DNA from: Antedon mediterranea
Taxonomy: Eukaryota; Animalia; Echinodermata
Assembly: GCF_964355755.1 (NCBI RefSeq)
Contig: NC_092680.1
Span: 20,159,045 to 20,223,044, forward strand
Length of the DNA: 64,000 bases
Direction: 5' to 3'
Part shown: in pieces, positions 1-13,600 of the stretch
Layout of the letters: every line of letters starts with the position of its first letter
Numbering within the stretch: position 1 is the stretch's first letter
The notes under the pieces: model-generated
Told to the model about the DNA's origin: nothing
The model's database searches: none
Seen by the model: only the letters and a program-made list of their open reading frames with translations
Translations under genes and position numbers: made by a program

Positions 1-1801
1 AGCAGTAGTAGCCATTTTAAAGGGCCAAGAACTAATAGTTGCAAACGCCGGTGATTCACGATGTGTATTATCCCGAGGTGGAAATGCTCTTGACCTCTCC
101 GTTGACCACAAACCGGAAGACGAGGAAGAACTAGAAAGGATTGTCTTTGCGGGTGGGAAAGTGACCGAAGATGGCCGTGTTAATGGTGGCCTTAATTTAT
201 CAAGGGCATTAGGTAAGAGTTCAAAGTTGAGAATGTTGACAAAGATGATTTGAACGACCTATTTGCATAGATTATTAGGCAAGAGCAAGAACACTATGTA
301 GTTTTGATTTATGATCATTGAAAAATTACATTACCTTTACTCGAGACCTTATTTGGATGATTGAATTTAATGTGTTTATAAATAAGGTATTTTTCTGTTT
401 TAATAATTTTTGTTTTGGGTTTTTTTTTATGTCGAAGATATTTTTGTAATGCCATTAATTTTTCACTACTTTCTGTAGTACAATACATACAATAATATGT
501 TTTTAATTTATTTTTTATATCAGGTGATCATTGCTATAAACAAAACAAATCATTAGCATTAGAAAAGCAGATGATATCACCTTTACCTGACATACGGAAA
601 GTGACATTAACACCGGAAGAAGATGACTTTTTTATTTTAGCCTGTGATGGTATCTGGTAAGTTTTTTGAAATTGTTTGAAGTGAGAATTGTACTCTGGGT
701 AATCCCAGTTTTTGGCATGGGATAGTTGGTCTAAGAGTGCCATAATCAGAAGCCAAGAAGGACTACTGTTGTGCATAGGCTTTAGAACATTTTATCCTAG
801 CTTTAATAATGTGTTCCAAAAACAAACAACAATCAACTTGAGGGAGATATTTAAATAAATAAAGAGAGAAGGTAACTTCTACTTAATATTCCATGACATT
901 ATACAGTATGTTTGATTGTTTGTAATTTACATACTGTACTATTTGTTAGTTTGTTATACCATTCTAAGTATTTGGTACATACATAGATATTTGATCATTT
1001 TGTACTTGTATTATGTCATTATAAATAAATTGACCATTTACTGTTGAGTCATTTGTGGATGAAGTGCAGTGTTGGTCAGACTTTAGTGACCACCATCGGA
1101 GACCTAGTGTTAAAATACTTTTTTTTTTGTATTGCAGGAATGTACTTACAAGTCAAGAGGTAGTAGATTTCGTAAGAGAACGACTTAATCAAGACCATCC
1201 AGAGGGCGGCACTTGGACCTTGACTGCAATTATCGAAGAGGTAAATGAACAATTTATTTGGTATTCTTATTTATATTACTTACACATCTCAGGCACATAT
1301 ACAAAATATAAATATATAAAGACACATAAGCAGAATTAAATAATCAATAAAAATATAATAAAGGAGATCTCTAGAGCTGTCAGACAACCTTATTACAAAT
1401 TTATAAGTTTATTTTTTATTTAATTACATTAAAAATATGTATAACAAAAGTGTTATTAAATTTTGAACATCGGCAACAAGTTACCCAAGGAACAAAAAAT
1501 GTTAATATAAAGTTAGATTTTTTCCCCAAATTGGTCTTAAAATACTTAAAATATATGAGTATGGCATGTATGGCAAAATCCATAGGATAGTTACATGAAT
1601 TTGCAGGATCTATCAGTTATAATTGTTTTACAGTTGTTTGATGCTTGCTTGGCGCCTGACACATCAGGAGATGGAACTGGGTGTGACAACATGACATGCA
1701 TCATCGTACAGCTTCATCAAAACACTGTGACCTCCGCAAAGAAGAAACGCAAAGTGTCTGAAGGCGATGACAGTGATAGTAAACGGCCGTGCAAGGAATG
1801 A
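1..1801 (+). CDS. PPM1G: Protein phosphatase 1G (PP2C family), 3' part; exons <1-212, 524-656, 1138-1240, 1634-1801
   Basis: Spliced translation gives the PP2C motifs [41 protein letters not shown] and [17 protein letters not shown], then a basic C-terminal KKKRK. All introns are GT-AG with consistent phases. Confidence 0.93.
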
Positions 1802-3704
1802 AAACTCTGGGAAACCATGCCTTTTATTAGATTTGTCTGATCAACTTTAGTGTTCAGGATTTTTATATTATTGTACTAGTACGGGTAATAAGCCCACACT
1901 CATAAGTTTCATGAAGGATGATTGTATTGTCATATCTTGGTCCTAGGGAATAAGCCTACTTGTAAATTTCATGTTTAACAGGTGTTGGTATGGTACTTAA
2001 CGCAACCGACACAATGTAAGAAAATGTCCTTCCAATAATTGTGTTTGCCCCCGCCTGTGTGAAATCAAACGTGCTTGTTGCGAGTCAATGTTAGTTGCCG
2101 TAGACTTTGAACTGGTTCACCCCGCGTACTTTACAGTACATGCTGTACTATGTTTTCCAGTGTTCTTTTGCCATGATTTCTGGTAGCGATGTTTGTAGCA
2201 CTGTTGAGTCCCACTTGTGATTGCGCAATACAGAACCTTGCGTCGCTACGTTGCATTCTAGTGGGAACCACACTTTACAGACCACTTCGTTGTCCCAAGG
2301 AATGTGTAAAATATATTTTCACCTCACTTCCCAGATAACCACAACATTTTTCCTATTCTGTACATTTTCATCATTGTTATTGAGTGATCATATATTGGGA
2401 GATAGGTTCAGATTGTAATAATATAACATATGTAGGCCTTTCTTGTGTTATCAAGATAGGTAGTACTATATTGATCAAAGATATGCCCCTTTGGCAAACC
2501 CTTGAAAATAATTTGTTTAAAACATAAAAAAGGGGTATAATACTTTTAAAATAGCTGTACATTGTTAAATCATGTTTTGCTTGAAATACTTATAATTATT
2601 ATTTTGAACTAACCAATTTGTTTTTAAGAAGTTGAGATTTAATCTTTTATGTTATGAATTATGGAAGTTATTATCTTTTTACAACGTAATAATCTCATTC
2701 TAAATTGATTTGAATTGCTTTCCAAGTTTATTAATAAAGTCTGAATGTTAAAGGTTTCTGTTGTAGAACACAAATTACTGTAAACAAAAACCTATGCAAT
2801 CATATCTTCAACCTTTATTTATTCATTTATTTATTTTGTTGATATTTAAATTACTTATTCAAACTTTGTATTTATCAAAAACTTGACAATCACAAATTCT
2901 ATTTATAATGAGAAGAAAAGTTTTGCTTGCTAAAATGCTTATATTAAATCTTTTGCTGTTGTATAAATTTGTTTATTAATCATTATTATGATACAGTACC
3001 TACAATGAACAAAACCTAACAATATGTGCCAATTAAAATGTAAGCAAATTATTATTATTTGTAAGTGATGTGATAGAGTAATAATAAATAAAAAGAAAAG
3101 ATTACAGCTTAATAATATAAAAACATGCATCAACATGATTACATTTGTGATAAAGCTGAACAATTTACTGATTCATTTTAATGTAACAACAATCATCTTA
3201 GATGAATTCTTATAAATTATGATGTTACTACTCTAATTGTGATACAAAACATTTTTTTAGATAAGATCTATTTGGATTTTTAAGATTGTAGTAACGAGAT
3301 TAATTCACTTAAAACTATTCTTAAGTTAAACCAAATATCATTTAAACTTATTATACTATAGTAAGTTACTGTACTCCGTGTTATTTGTAATGTGCGGATA
3401 GTACTAAATCACATCACAGAAATAACCGAAAACAAATAGGAGGTACAAACCAAGTATTTCATGATGGCTTCTTTATCATCTTAATTTTGTTTTCTGTTCT
3501 CACAAAACTGTATTTTTTGTATCCTAGATAAACTAAATTGTCTAAAAATATTAATTTGATGCAAAATGGTATAGTGGAGTAGCTGGGTGGATCCTTGCTT
3601 TCTAATCCTGATGGTCAAAGTTCAAATCCTGTCGGATGTCCAAATACTCGCAACTGAAACAAGTACTACTACTCTCCAACTCTATATATTTGTAGACAAA
3701 CCTG

Positions 3705-4042
3705 TATGGTATTAGTGTAGTGAGCTGACAACTCTCTAGTATGTTAGTGAGTCCGTCTTGATCCTGACATGAAGTAGAGCTCTATCTACATGGTATTAGT
3801 GTTGTGAGCTGACAACTCTCTAGTATGTTAGTGAGTCCGTCTTGATCCTGACATGAAGTAGAGCTCTATCTACATGGTATTAGTGTTGTGAGCTGACAAC
3901 TCTCTAGTATGTTAGTGAGTCCGTCTTGATCCTGACATGAAGTAGAGCTCTATCTACATGGTATTAGTGTTGTGAGCTGACAGCTCTCTTGTATGTTAGT
4001 GAGTCAGTCTTGATCCTGACATGAAGTAGAGCTCTATCTACA
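3705..4042. repeat. 84-bp tandem repeat, 4 copies, running into a MITE terminus
   Basis: The unit start tggtattagtg recurs at 3707, 3791, 3875 and 3959. Each unit ends in agagctctatctaca. Confidence 0.95.
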
Positions 4043-4156
4043 CTATCAAACTTTATGTGATGTGCCCATATATGGGCATGATGAGGTAATATCACTACCA
4101 TATTTGAGCACATCACACTTTTGTTGTCAAACTAGTTTGATAGTGTAGACAGAGCT
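4030..4156. mobile_element. MITE family A (TIR AGCTCTGTCTACACTATCAAACT; probably PIF/Harbinger-like), copy 1
   Basis: About 23-bp terminal inverted repeats; TWA-like flanks in several copies; 6 related copies in the window. Confidence 0.8.
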
Positions 4157-4663
4157 TAAAACTGTTTATTTGTACAATATGATTGCCATTTTGAAGGCTA
4201 TTTCTTTGTTGAATTTGATGATCTGATCAATATACAGTATAAAAATGAATTTCATATTGAAATAAAAGTGAAACTTTCTGTTAATGATTTTCTTGGATTT
4301 TTATTTTGCTATAGTATGCATCAATTGTAGGAGATGAAGTTGGTAATTTTTAGACCAAATTTAAAGTTGTGTGTACTGAAAAACAGTGGTATTTGTGAAA
4401 TACAATGATTTAATGAAACAATTTAAATTTAAAAAAAAAAGATATTCATTTTAAATGTATTGAATAATGTACATTTTTATTATCAATATATACACTTCAA
4501 AATAATATATACTGTACTGCAAATTTTAGACTAGTGAAAGACACTTTGTCTAACTATTGGAACGTCTTGAAAATTCAAACACACTTGGGACCAGACTTGG
4601 ACTGAAAATCGTAACCATTATTGTCTTTCCTGTGTATCGCATAGCCAATGGCTTTTCACTTAC

Positions 4664-4830
4664 GCTCTGTCTAAACTATCACACTTTATGTGACAAAAAA
4701 ATGTGATGTGCTCATATATGGACATGATGTCCATCATATCACTACCATTACCATATTTGGGTATATCACTACCATATTTGGGCATATCACACTTTTTTTG
4801 TTTAACTAGTTTGATAGTGTAGACAGTGCT
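4664..4830. mobile_element. MITE family A, copy 2
   Basis: gctctgtctaaactatc ... gatagtgtagacagtgct, with internal atatcactaccatatttggg repeats. Confidence 0.8.
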
Positions 4831-5345
4831 TTAAAATTCCATCCATAAATGTTATTTAAGGTAGATACTTGCTTCATGGAGCACAAATTTCCCCCAACTA
4901 AAAAAAAGTCTGGCTCAGAAACCATGTCCACTCGAATCTTATTCTAGCAATAGCACATTGATCCCACCACCCCCAAAAACAGTTTCCGCACCCCTGGTGC
5001 AGATTGCTGTGGTATTTACATCTGTACATAAAGTAATGCTACATGAACTTTAACCCCACTAAATATCCAAATTCAGTAACTTTGATTCTAAATACTCTTA
5101 GAGTTTTTGTGTATACAGTAGTTCTAAACAACTTAACCCATGTCAAACTATCTGAACTTCAAACTGAATCCAAATTGTATTAAATTCACCTTTTAATAAG
5201 AAAGACATTTCATTTCCTCAAAGGATGTCATGATACAGGACAGTTACAAAAATTGTTTTTAATAGAATGAAAAATTGAAATTTTAATTGGAAACACCCCA
5301 CAAAGTACAGAGGCTATCAGAACAATTAACATCAATCAAAGACAA

Positions 5346-7326
5346 TTATTTCTCTGCTTGATTTGATGCTTTGTTTGTTTCAGAATCTTCTTTTTCTTCC
5401 TCGGCCATCTCCACCTCTCCATCGTCTCCATCCCATGATGCCTCCTCATCTTCTGGTTCTTTCTTTCCTGCATCTAACTGTGCCTTCCTTAACTTTCTCC
5501 TATTACCAGAATCATAGTATTTCAGATGTCTGCCAATGTTATCAATTCCTGTCAAGCACTTCCTCCAAACTTTATCCTCATTTTCAGCAGGAAAATCGTA
5601 ATTCTCCAGTGTCTGTTGTTTAATTATTTCCAGGGTGCTTTGATCGAGTTTTTGGTTACGGCGCCCTCCTTGGGTACGACCAGAGCACGTTGCCTGCATG
5701 AGATCTTCAGTTTTAAATAAGATCCTTGCTAGTTTGCGTGCAAATGCAGTTGGCGTGGTTGACTGTCTGAGAGCCATTTCCACCTGGCTTGGAGATAGTG
5801 GATATTCTTCCTCGGTCTCATCTCTCCACTCTATTTCAGATTCTATTTGCACTGTGGATTCCAAACCGTTAGTCCTGGTGGCCTTAGCTTCGCTTTGTTT
5901 CCTTTTAGACTTTGATGTTGATTCTGCAGCTCCCATGGCAGTTGGACGTTTAAATCCTCTTCTCATGGCTTCTTTGTTCCGTAGTTGTTCATCAAAATCA
6001 TTAGCCATTGTCTGTGTTACGCCACTAACCGCATTCAACAGTGTTGATATAGGTTCAGCTTTCTCTGGCTGGAAAATCAATACACAAAACAGCTTATAAC
6101 TCACTCGTATATTGTTTTTTAAACCTTTAGCAATTGAGAATATAAACAACTAATTTACTGATAACTGTACAAAGATAATCTTATCTAGCACTGTACAGAT
6201 TAGTACAAATGTTCAGTAATACTGTAACACAAATGAAAAGTAAACACTTCTTTAAAAAAAATCCAACGATGGTTTTTTTTTTTATCTAGGTAGAAATAAA
6301 TGTGGGTGAAATTACTACTAAAAAGATAAAAAAAACATATGGTTTACATTAAATTCTAAAAATGATTGAATACAATTTATCAGGCAATGTTAGACAAATA
6401 GTGTAGGTTACCTCCATAGATCCCCAACAAAACACTTGTCCTTTTTCAGTAAGTGCAATGCAGTGGTGCTGGCCAGCTGCTACCTGAACTACCTTCTCTG
6501 GAAGCTCTACTTCACCTGTCAACCCCTCTCTACCCTTAGGTTCACGACGTCCTAGAGCTCCTAAACGCCTAGCTCCAAATGTAAATACCTGAAATTGAAC
6601 AAAGTAAAATCTTTTAACATTTCTTTTTTCAAGAGTTCATTTTTAATAAATTGTTTTATTACCTTTTGGCTATGGTTTATCAAATAAATTTAAAAAAAAT
6701 GAAATCAAAATAATAATTAAAACAACAATAACAAGTATAGTATCTTAACACTGTACAGATTACATGGATGTATAAGATATACCACAATGCACTTCACTTC
6801 AATCATACCTTCACAAACACAAGAACACAACTGTAAGCGCCAACTTTGTATGCATCTAATACTGTTGTAATTAAATCTCAAATATAGCTCTGTCTACACT
6901 ATCAAACTTTATGTGACAAACAAATGTGATGTGCCCATATATGGACATGATGATGTCATATCACTACGATATTTGGGCACTCACACTTTTTTTGTCAAAC
7001 TTGTTAGTGTAGACAGAGCTTTATACAAACCTTTCCTTCGCTTGAGAGGCATATTGCATGGTTACTGCCAGAGCTTATCTGAACAATGTCCACACCTTCC
7101 TGAAACATAGGACGTGGGGTACCCAAGCCCAGCTTCTTGGACCTCCTTGGAGCTGAAAGAAAAATATATCAGTACAGTGTGAGTAATAATATTAATGTTT
7201 TCATAATACAGTAGTAAAACGTTCTTCTTCTATACATTACAAGATGTATTAACAATAGATAATAGATTCTAGTTTGCAAATGCGCAAATTACCTTCATCA
7301 TCTTGATTTTCATGGGAGCCTGACAT
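5346..7326 (-). CDS. Chimeric RCC1-repeat + BEN-domain protein, about 351 aa; exons 7326-7293, 7152-7031, 6588-6412, 6068-5346
   Basis: All junctions are GT-AG and in phase (1056 nt total), with an in-frame TAA directly before the ATG. Translation: MSGSHENQDDEAPRRSKKLGLGTPRPMFQEGVDIVQISSGSNHAICLSSEGKVFTFGARRLGALGRREPKGREGLTGEVELPEKVVQVAAGQHHCIALTEKGQVFCWGSME|PEKAEP...TAFARKLARILFKTEDLMQATCSG...KLDQSTLEIIK...WRKCLTGIDNIGRH (BEN-like), then an acidic tail. Confidence 0.8.
6886..7020. mobile_element. MITE family A, copy 3 (intronic, about 10 bp from a donor site of the RCC1-BEN gene)
   Basis: agctctgtctacactatcaaact ... tagtgtagacagagct. Confidence 0.8.
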
Positions 7327-8784
7327 TTATTTTTTATTGAATCATCCTGTAACAAACAAAAAAATGCATGTAATAAATTAAAATAATATTATACTTGTAT
7401 ACTGTAGTAGAAATCGTCAATAACATATGCACCCGCACACCTTTAAAACAGATAATTATATAAATCAATCAATAATATGGCCAACATAAACTAAAATCAA
7501 TTCAGCAATTATTATCAATAATCACAGTGTTGGACTAAGATTACAGGGTCGGATGTGAAAGAAGTATTAGTGGTAAAATATATTGCCATGGAAATCAGAA
7601 TCATTTAGAGAAGGTTAGTTTATGTTCAGTTTATTTAGGATTTATAGGTTAATGATTTCATTACTTATATTTATTTGTATTGGTTATTTAGGTGTTTTTA
7701 GGTTGATTATCTAGGGATGTTTATGTTACACTTGGCTCATGTGCGCCTGCGCCTTTTACGTCAAAGAAATCTCAAAAAGTTTAGAATGATGGTGGAGGCT
7801 CGGGAGGGTGGGTACTTAGTTAGTACAGTAATATTAATAATATCCATTTAGGCCTACTGTACATAGGCCTAGCCTAGGCCTAGGCTAGTAGGCCTACATG
7901 GTTCGGTTTAATAAAAAAAAAATGAAAAAATCATACTTTAAATTAAATATTAATTTTTCCCTTTTTCTTCTAGGTAGTTTCTTGTTATTTTTTTTTTAAG
8001 CAGTTCATTCATAATTAAACACAAACATATTAATAGGAATAAAATAACATTACAAAAATACAGTACAGTACAATAATAAATAACATTCAAAAATGGAAAA
8101 GTTCGCGCCACCAAAACAACAACAGAAAACAAGAGGAGATCTTGATGCTGAAACGCGTGAAGCCATTGCTGCGAATGATCAGGGTACGTTGTGTGTGCTT
8201 GCTGCTTTGCAGCGGCACTGACCATTTGAAGTCACCATTCACAGAATGTATACTCTTAATACATTTTCTTTTCACACTAAACAACAAAAGAATATATATT
8301 TCACAATATGAAATAATTGTACTAGTCAACTAAAGCAAATAAGCAACAAAATAAACGCATTTTACCACACGATTGAAAATCTTCTTTTCTCGGTGACGCG
8401 TTGATAAAAAATTACAACGCGGTTGGTGACGCCGTATGAAATTAGCCTCGTTACAAAAATTGTTTAATCTACATTTATTATTACTAAAAAATCTAAGTGT
8501 TATGTATTGTATCTATAGTATAATAATATTTTAAACATAATAATAATTATTTTAAATATTTTTGATAATTTAAACAATTAACACAATTAACAATATAGAA
8601 ATATTGTAAACGTGCCAAATATTCATACATTTAATTTTTATTCGATGTCCAGAGGGCGGTAGTCACTTTTTTATTGTGGTCGAAAGCGTTTTTTTTTTTA
8701 CGTATCGTAGGCCGAGCCTAAAAAGCCTATAAATTATTCTCTTTTGAAGTACTAGGCAATTGCGGATAAGAACATATTATTATA

Positions 8785-9045
8785 ATGGGAGATCGGTACA
8801 ATATTCACAGTCAATTAGAACATTTACAATCGAAGTATATTGGAACAGGGCACGCAGATACATCGAAATGGGAATGGCTTACGAACCAGCATCGCGACAG
8901 CGTTTGCAGCTACATGGGCCACTACGACATGCTGAACTTCTTTGCTGTGGCTGAGAACGAAAGTCGGGCTAGGGTGAAATTTAACCAAATGGAAAGGATG
9001 CTACAACCTTGTGGTCCACCACCAGAACGCCCAGATGATTCATAA
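8785..9045 (+). CDS. SF3B5: Splicing factor 3B subunit 5 (SF3b10), single coding exon
   Basis: 86 aa, DRYNIHSQLEHLQSKYIGTGHADT...WEWLTNQHRDS...MLQPCGPPP, the highly conserved SF3B5 signature. Confidence 0.97.
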   Translation: MGDRYNIHSQLEHLQSKYIGTGHADTSKWEWLTNQHRDSVCSYMGHYDMLNFFAVAENESRARVKFNQMERMLQPCGPPPERPDDS

Positions 9046-10658
9046 CATTGTTTTCATGTTCTATTTTTTTATTTCCTGTTGATCACAGATGTTACCATTT
9101 TTAAACAAAAAATATTGATAAATTAAAAGCTACTACAACACACAGAAGTAAAAAGGAAGCGAACTATACTAGGCATATTTAATTTACGCCTATATTTTCT
9201 GCAACGACTCTCTGATACATCAATATACATGAATGACAATTATCATAGACTTTTACAATAGACTTTATGTACAGTCCTGTTTTCAAATGAAGGATATAGT
9301 GTAGATCATCGCACAGAATGAAATACAACAATAAACAATTACAAGCACTGCTGTTAATAACAATTATTATTAATAATTAGTATTATTCACTAATTATACG
9401 TGTTATGATAATACTTTTTATCATAACTTTAAATTGTGTTTGTTTTGAAGACAACAAGGATAAATGTCATAAGTTGATCAAGAACTTTGGATCTGTTCTC
9501 CCTCAAAATGATCAGCATAGCCGATTCTCAGTACTGTATCTACAAATATTATTCGTCCTGTCGTGCAGTCATCATAGACAATGTTGATACAGTGTTACGT
9601 CACATGTAATGCCTGTATCACAGGAGTAATATAACACTGTATCTAGACTACCTTAACTTTAAAAATAAATTATTCCACAATCAATGTATAGTCTATGATA
9701 AAATGTTTTTGGTAGGCAAATAAATTACCTTTGAGTATAACAAATAAGTTTGTCTTCGACTTTGTGTTATTTCTTGCATTGTGGTTTTACAACTGTAGCT
9801 TGGTGATACCATGTCTCTTTTTACCAAGCTTCAAATCCTGGCTTAACTAAAACTTTTCAATAAACCAATGTGATAGAAAAATTGTTAATTTAAAGACCAA
9901 ATTACCTACCTTTGGTTTCATTCTGTTTTAAATGTCACTATAGAACACGGTGATCACATAATTTCTAAAAATTATACTGATATTAAAAACATGTTAGCAA
10001 TTTAATGCTATAACAAGTCGTTTTGTAATTCTTTGTGTGAAGATCAGTCATAATTTACATTCTTAATTTTTTTAAAGAGCAGGGCCTATACTCGGAATAA
10101 AACATTACAATAATAAATGGCTGACTTATTGTTAATGGGGTCCAGGGATTTAAATCAGAAAAAAAGTGAGTATATCTAAAAAGATAAAAATTAAAAACCG
10201 GAAAGGAGTGAGACTTTAAGGCCTATATTAATAAATCAATATACTGTACTTTAAAATACAATTACAGTATACTAATTAGTTTATATTAGAAGAGGGATAT
10301 TCAGCCACCATATAAAAACTACAACTTGGTTTATAAATGTCTACATCAAAGAAAGATTCAATTTATTATAACAAATACGTACAGTTTAAATAGTTCATTC
10401 TTATAAAAGCAGGCTCTCAATTTATCACTGTTTTCGACACATCAAAAGATATACAGGGGACTAAATAACGTGTTATATTATTATGTTTTTCTTATGACTA
10501 AATGACGTCGAAAAATTGTATTTGATTATCATCAATTATGACGCAATAGAACTTTTAAAAGTTGCGGTATTTAATTTACTTCGATTTTTTCCCAACCACC
10601 AATTTTTTTAATGTCGCCCTCTTTCTTCTGATTTTAGCACGTGCGCTAAAATTTCAAA

Positions 10659-13600
10659 ATGGCCGCCAATAATAAACGTATTATTTACGTTGGTAAGAAA
10701 AATGTTGTATTATTAGTTAATTCTAAGAGATATTAAATTAATTTAGTTACCCAATTATAAGTCAATAGTCGATGAGTTAACCTGCAATTATTTCAATTAA
10801 AAATATGTATGCTGACAAAACGCTAGGCCTATATAATAAAAGCACTCCTCACTTCACTACTCAAGTCAGGCAGGCGCCGGAGGGGCAATCTCGTCGACGT
10901 GGTTGGAATGTGAATGGGATGTGTAGGCCTAGCCTTCTGTAACTTAGTATTAGTTTAGTATTAACTCTATCGTTCAAATTGTGTACAGTGCTTTATTACC
11001 ATATATAAAACTCGAATACATAATATGCGTCCTCTTGTTTGTTGTCTTTTTCTTCCTAAAACTAAACTTTTATTTTACAAACTTGTTAAATTTTTATTTT
11101 GATATTCATCAATGATATTTTAATCACGCTTTAGCTAGCTACAGTAGGCCTACCCAACAATGGTATACTTATTCTATAGGCCTAGCTAGCCAAGTTCTGA
11201 TAATTGGTTGAATAAAAAAATTTTGGAAAGACCACAACAATGCAATTGATGCCTGTAATATCTATTGTTTTTTTTTGTAGGTGGCTTAGCAGAAGAAGTA
11301 GATGAGAAGGTGCTGCATGCAGCTTTTATCCCCTTTGGTGATGTTGTCGACATTCAAATTCCTATGGATTATGAGACTGAGAAGCACAGAGGTTTTGCAT
11401 TTGTTGAGTTTGAATTTGCTGAAGTATGGACAAAATTGAATTATTTTTCTAATTTCTGTATGACTTTTCATGAGTGCATTATAGTTTAATTATTAATAAT
11501 GAGATTGTTTTGATTAAAATTTCTTTAAAGAGTTTTAACCTGCGACCTGAACCTCTAATTAATATACCTTCCCCAACACACAAGTATTATTTTTGTGTCC
11601 TTGCACTATAAGTATAAAACTACTAAATAAAAATCTAAAATTGAAATATAATATTAATACAATAAATGTTAAATTATCTACAAAATGTGTATTTAATTCA
11701 TGATTGTATATTTTTAATATTGTATTTTATATACATTGTAATTTTGTAAAAATCAATTCAGTTTTGCTTTTAATATCCATTATATCAAATTCAATTATTA
11801 ATGTAAACATTAACGAAAATTAACACTAAAGTAAAAGATAAAAAAAATGGCCGCAAATTGTATATGTTGCCTATGCTTAATACATATCTATACAGCTTCT
11901 AACACTATTTATTTTATATGTTGCCTATGCTTAATACATATCTATACAGCTTCTAACACTATTTATTTTATATGTTGCCTATGCTTAATACATATCTATA
12001 CAGCTTCTAACACTCTTTATTTTATATGTTGCCTATGCTTAATACATATCTATACAGCTTCTAACACTCTTTATTTTATATGTTGCCTATGCTTAATACA
12101 TATCTATACAGCTTCTAACACTATTTATTTTATATGTTGCCTATGCTTAATACATATCTATACAGCTTCTAACACTATTTATTTTATATGTTGCCTATGC
12201 TTAATACATATCTATACAGCTTCTAACACTCTTTATTTTATATGTTGCCTATGCTTAATACATATCTATACAGCTTGTAACACTATTTATTTTATATGTT
12301 GCCTATGCTTAATACATATCTATACAGCTTCTAACACTCTTTATTTTATATGTTGCCTATGCTTAATACATATCTATACAGCTTCTAACACTCTTTATTT
12401 TATATGTTGCCTATGCTTAATACATCTATCTTTACAGCTTCTTCTTTTATTTTCCCTACAGGATGCCGCTGCTGCAATAGACAACATGGTAATGTTTCTT
12501 TCTATATTTTTCACAGTAGCTCAGTTTTCTTTTTTACATAAATTTACTTTAAAAACAAATAAAAAAGAACCAACTTTACATATCTCTTTTTGTGGGCCTC
12601 ACAAAATGTGAAATTCCAATGATTACATATCTTTTATCATTTTGTTTCATGTTTCACTTCATGTTAGTTGTTGACATAATTAATTTTTGGAAATATTGAA
12701 TGCTAACCTATGTATGTTTATTAAACTTTTGTATCAGTTTAATTTTTAGATACTTATAGATAAGCTAGACTAATGTCAGTGGTCAATTACTTTAGTACTT
12801 TACCTACTGTACATTGTATTCTTTATTACAGAATGAATCTGAGTTGTTTGGAAGAACTGTTAGAGTAAATTTAGCAAAACCAATGAAGATAAAGGAAGGT
12901 TCCAGTAGGCCAGGTAGGATCTTTAAAATTCATTAGTTTCACACTCCACTCCACCCGATTTTGAGGTTTGTTTAGACTTAGGGGCCAAAAATATCACATT
13001 AGGATTAAGAAGGAAAGAAAAAAAGGAAAAAGAACTCATGGTTAAATCATCGAAGAATTCTAAATAAAAACTCTGGTTTCCTAATGTATTCTTAATAATT
13101 TCTTCAACATACTGTTGGACATATAGGACAATTAAACTCTTGTTAAAATCAGTATACAGGGCTGCAAATTAACTTTTTTACTTGGTAGCACTATCAAATT
13201 TGTATGATGGCTCATAATAATTTTTGGTAGCACCACCAATTTTTTTAGTAGCACCTTTTCATCGACAACAACCCCCTTCCCTCAAACCCCATCCGCGAAG
13301 ATCCGTTTTTAGTTTAGTTGGGGGGGGGGGGAGGAGGGTATAAAAATAACTCCCCCCCCCCCACCCCGCGCTTGGGCGGGGGGATTTTTAAGTAATTATA
13401 GGTTGTTTCAATCGATTTCTGAGCACATAAATTGGGTTATGCACATTTTAGGCACTGGTCCTGATGCGCCACTTATATTCACGCAAGATTTATTCTTTTT
13501 ACGGTACGGAAAGAAATTACTGCTTTGTATACGCGTAACCTTTCGTAGCCTACGCGTAAATAGACCGTAGGTCATTGTTCTCTAAACGTATCCTGCAATT

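Noticed and set aside
685-793. Possible H/ACA snoRNA in PPM1G intron (two hairpins, ends ACAttt)
   Set aside because: No proper ANANNA H box between the hairpins and the second stem is weak; it would need snoReport/Infernal or small-RNA data.
3705-4042. CRISPR-like regular repeats (also 11861-12450)
   Set aside because: Head-to-tail units without unique spacers, eukaryotic context, and no cas genes.
5363-6099. Plus-strand ORFs overlapping the BEN exon, and similar antisense ORFs over the Ig genes
   Set aside because: Antisense shadows with no domain features.
9241-9700. Short inverted catagac/gtctatg motifs downstream of SF3B5
   Set aside because: No convincing TSD or extended TIR.
11847-12611. 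254-aa Cys-rich repetitive ORF
   Set aside because: It is the translation of the 54-bp intronic tandem repeat; only 12462-12488 is real PPIE coding sequence.
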